Of a stretch of 64,000 nt of DNA, positions 61,276 to 64,000 are shown piece by piece. The notes under the pieces were generated by a model. The model did no database searches. It worked only from the letters and a program-made list of their open reading frames with translations, and was not told the origin of the DNA. The DNA comes from Camelus dromedarius. Its lineage: Eukaryota. Both the position numbers and the translations under genes were made by a program. The DNA is taken from contig NC_087436.1 in NCBI RefSeq assembly GCF_036321535.1, positions 101,310,001 to 101,374,000 of the forward strand. Direction: 5' to 3'. Numbering within the stretch: position 1 is the stretch's first letter; each line of letters begins with the position of its first letter.

Positions 61276-63869
61276 GTATTTCAACTAAATGTTTAATTGA
61301 TTCAAAAAAATTATATACTTACAAATTATTTCAAGTTTTGAAAGTAGTTACAGGCATTAGGTGGGGTTTTATTCTTGTTTTTTTGTTTGTTTTAGCTATT
61401 TAAATATTTAAAATATATGACTTCGTATATTTTATAAAATATGAAGTGAAGATTAGATAAAACTTCAAAAGGGAGATTTTGTTCCATTTTTTTAATTTTG
61501 AAGACTTTCCAAGATTAGTTTTTTTTGTGGATTGGAAGGGGTGATGTGGCTCTAGATACTCAAAAATGATTAGGACATTTCAGGTCAAATTATAGACATA
61601 TACTTCAAAACACCATGTGCTAGATGTTGATACAGATTCTGATGGTATAGTTCCAAGAGTACTAAGTGATCTTGGTTCAGTATTTCATATTGTCTGTTGC
61701 ACTGCTGATCAGTCTAGAAGATAGGACGCACCTTAGGCAGGGATGGAGTGGTCTGTTACTTATCTAGTTTGATTTGGGGGTTAGAAACTTGCAAGGCTTA
61801 AAATATTCTTTATTGGAATGCTGTAGGAACTCAAATACTTACCCTGGTGTCCTTTTGAAGGTTTAATGGAAGTATCTTATCCATGTAGAAAAATCCATTA
61901 CATTAGGATCTGCATTACTATAGGATACGTTATTTTACAACATGATGTCAATTGAAAGAAAAACACCAGAAGTAATAGGGAAATTTGAAAGCTCACAAAG
62001 AAGTTACAAAGTCAAATTTAGAATATACTATACCAAAATTATATTTATTTCAAGGATATTTATAAATTATATGTATTTTCAAAGTCAAATTCTACATTAT
62101 GTTAAAATTCTGTTCTAGGTTATCCAACAAGAAAAATGCAATTATGTAAAGAATCATTAAATGTGAGAAGACTAGTTTTTGAGCTCTGCTGTCAGGAGGA
62201 GATCTTCAGAATGTTATATTTGAAAATTAAAAGCTCTGGAAAAGTTAACATAAAGCAACACTGTGAAGGGTTATTTAGGAGGAAAGAAGAACATCATCCC
62301 TGAGGAGTTTTATGTCCTTTGAAAAGATCTTTACCAAAAAAGACTGAGAAAAAGAAGGAGAGAGATTATTTTTCCTTAACCAATCTTCCCAGTTTTTTTT
62401 TTTTTTTGAAAATACAGCTCTGAATCAAAGCATATGTTTGAATGGAATTACCAGAATATTTATTTCTGAATCTAAATGTTTTATATACATTCCATAATTA
62501 TTCAGTAACTTTTACTTTCAGCTGAAGTAAGACCTATGTCATCAATGAGTTCATGAGGTTTTGCAGTATTTTTATCTTCTGAGGACACCATGTGAGCATG
62601 TATCTGTGCGCGTGTATCTCAGCCTCTTATAGCCATATCAACAATTGCCTTGAGTAACAAAATGATGACATTGGGAACATAAATTTTGAAAAGCTGATTG
62701 ACAACTGTTTTCCTCTTGAACCATGTTTTGAATCAATGGAACACTGTGCTGAAATCAAATTATGAAGAACTCACTTATAATCAGTATTCTGCTAGGCACT
62801 GGTTTAACAACACAGTACATCTCCTCCATGCTTTAAGGGTGGGGAGACACTAAAATTGTCTACAAATACTTTATTAAATGCCTATTAAGGACACATATAG
62901 TCTGGGGGGGGGTCAGAATATCTCCAGTACACCACAGGTTAGAGTAATTCATCTGAGTAGCTGGCCTGCTGGACAAGAACAAGGGACAGATTCCCTTGGA
63001 TTGGTGAGTGAGGGAAGAAAATGGTACTGACTTACGGGTATAGTTAGAGAGCAAATCTCAAAACAGAAACATGATGGTAAGAGAGATTTCTTAGTGAACA
63101 TATTTTCAAGAGAGGGTGCAAAAAACTGGGTAAGAACAAACAAGTGTCACCTACAGAGGGTAACTGCATACTGTAATTTTTCTGTTTCATGAAAGTATTT
63201 ACTGATGAATCTAATGGATCTACTTATGGTCTAATATTTCTCTTTGGGGCACTCTGGGTTAATCCCATTAGCTTTTGCAATCTGCTTTCCATTACATAAC
63301 GTGTACTCTTTTCCATTCATCCACGTGTTTCATGATTTTTCCACTGGCAGTCATCCATGGAGGACTTATTGCAAAGGTAATGCAAACATGAATGGGAAAC
63401 AGTTTTTCCTAGGACACAACTCTGCATGTTGCCAAATAATTCTCCAGGATATAGAGTTCTTATTTATTCAGAATACTAAGACTAACTCAGTTTTCTGCTG
63501 TATCTACGAAATAAAGAGGCATGGATTACTTGGATTCCATGTCCCTGTATGTAATCTAAGGGTTGGTATTCAGCTATATTTAGAAAATCACTTTAATTAA
63601 GAGACAATGTCCAGTGTTGTAAAAGTGTCTCTTTTGATTTGTTCACGGGATTGCTGGGTTTGTATTCAGTGTACAAAGTTCATGTACATAAACTTAACTG
63701 ATTATGAAAATGAAAGATTAATTGATCAATCAACTAATGTTTATTAGTACTTACTAATACTATGAATGGCCTTATGTCCTTAATTAAAACATTTTAAAGC
63801 TAAAATGTGGGCCAGCTCAGAGATAAGTCACTTTTTAGGCCAGTAATTGCACTGAACAATTCTCTCTTT

Positions 63870-63985
63870 GTGGCCAAATCAAGATAATTTTCAGTCTTTA
63901 TCTACTATATTCCTCTGCCTCATTTGAAACTGTTGACCTCGTTTTACTTGGAACACTCTTTCCCGTTAGTTTCCACACACGAGCA
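63870..63985 (+). mobile_element. L2 ORF2 fragment
   Basis: 'gccaaatc...ttcagtctttatctact...catttgaaactgttgacc...ttacttggaacactcttt'. Confidence 0.65.
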
Positions 63986-64000
63986 TAACATTTCGGGCCT

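Noticed and set aside
63244..63600. 118-aa plus-strand ORF
   Set aside because: Non-ATG start, random-looking composition, no domain and no clear exon boundaries.

Overview
AT-rich, CpG-depleted mammalian (eutherian) non-coding DNA, most likely deep intronic or intergenic. No recognisable protein-coding gene, tRNA, rRNA or CRISPR array is present. The ORF-track entries with recognisable peptides are LINE-1 ORF2 remnants; the others look like chance ORFs. A large share of the window is transposon-derived: old and lineage-specific L1s (several nested, some with visible TSDs), L2, L3/CR1, MIR, MaLR/ERVL/ERV1 solo LTRs, and hAT-Charlie and TcMar-Tigger DNA transposons. The young L1 3' tails are Cetartiodactyla-type. 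I saw no Alu, B1/B2, Bov-A/BovB, PRE1, SINEC or CHR-2 SINEs, which points tentatively to a camelid. Repeat subfamily names come from my recall of consensus sequences, not from a search, and boundaries are approximate unless a TSD or TIR is given. I did not find a convincing novel biological system. The best leads are: a captured, serially duplicated insertion inside an L1; a duplicated heat-shock-element plus CTCF-like module; a strong AG|GTAAGT recursive-splice-like site; a perfect 17-bp hairpin; recurrent ultra-short L1-tail insertions; and a speculative phase-compatible chain of four small exons.
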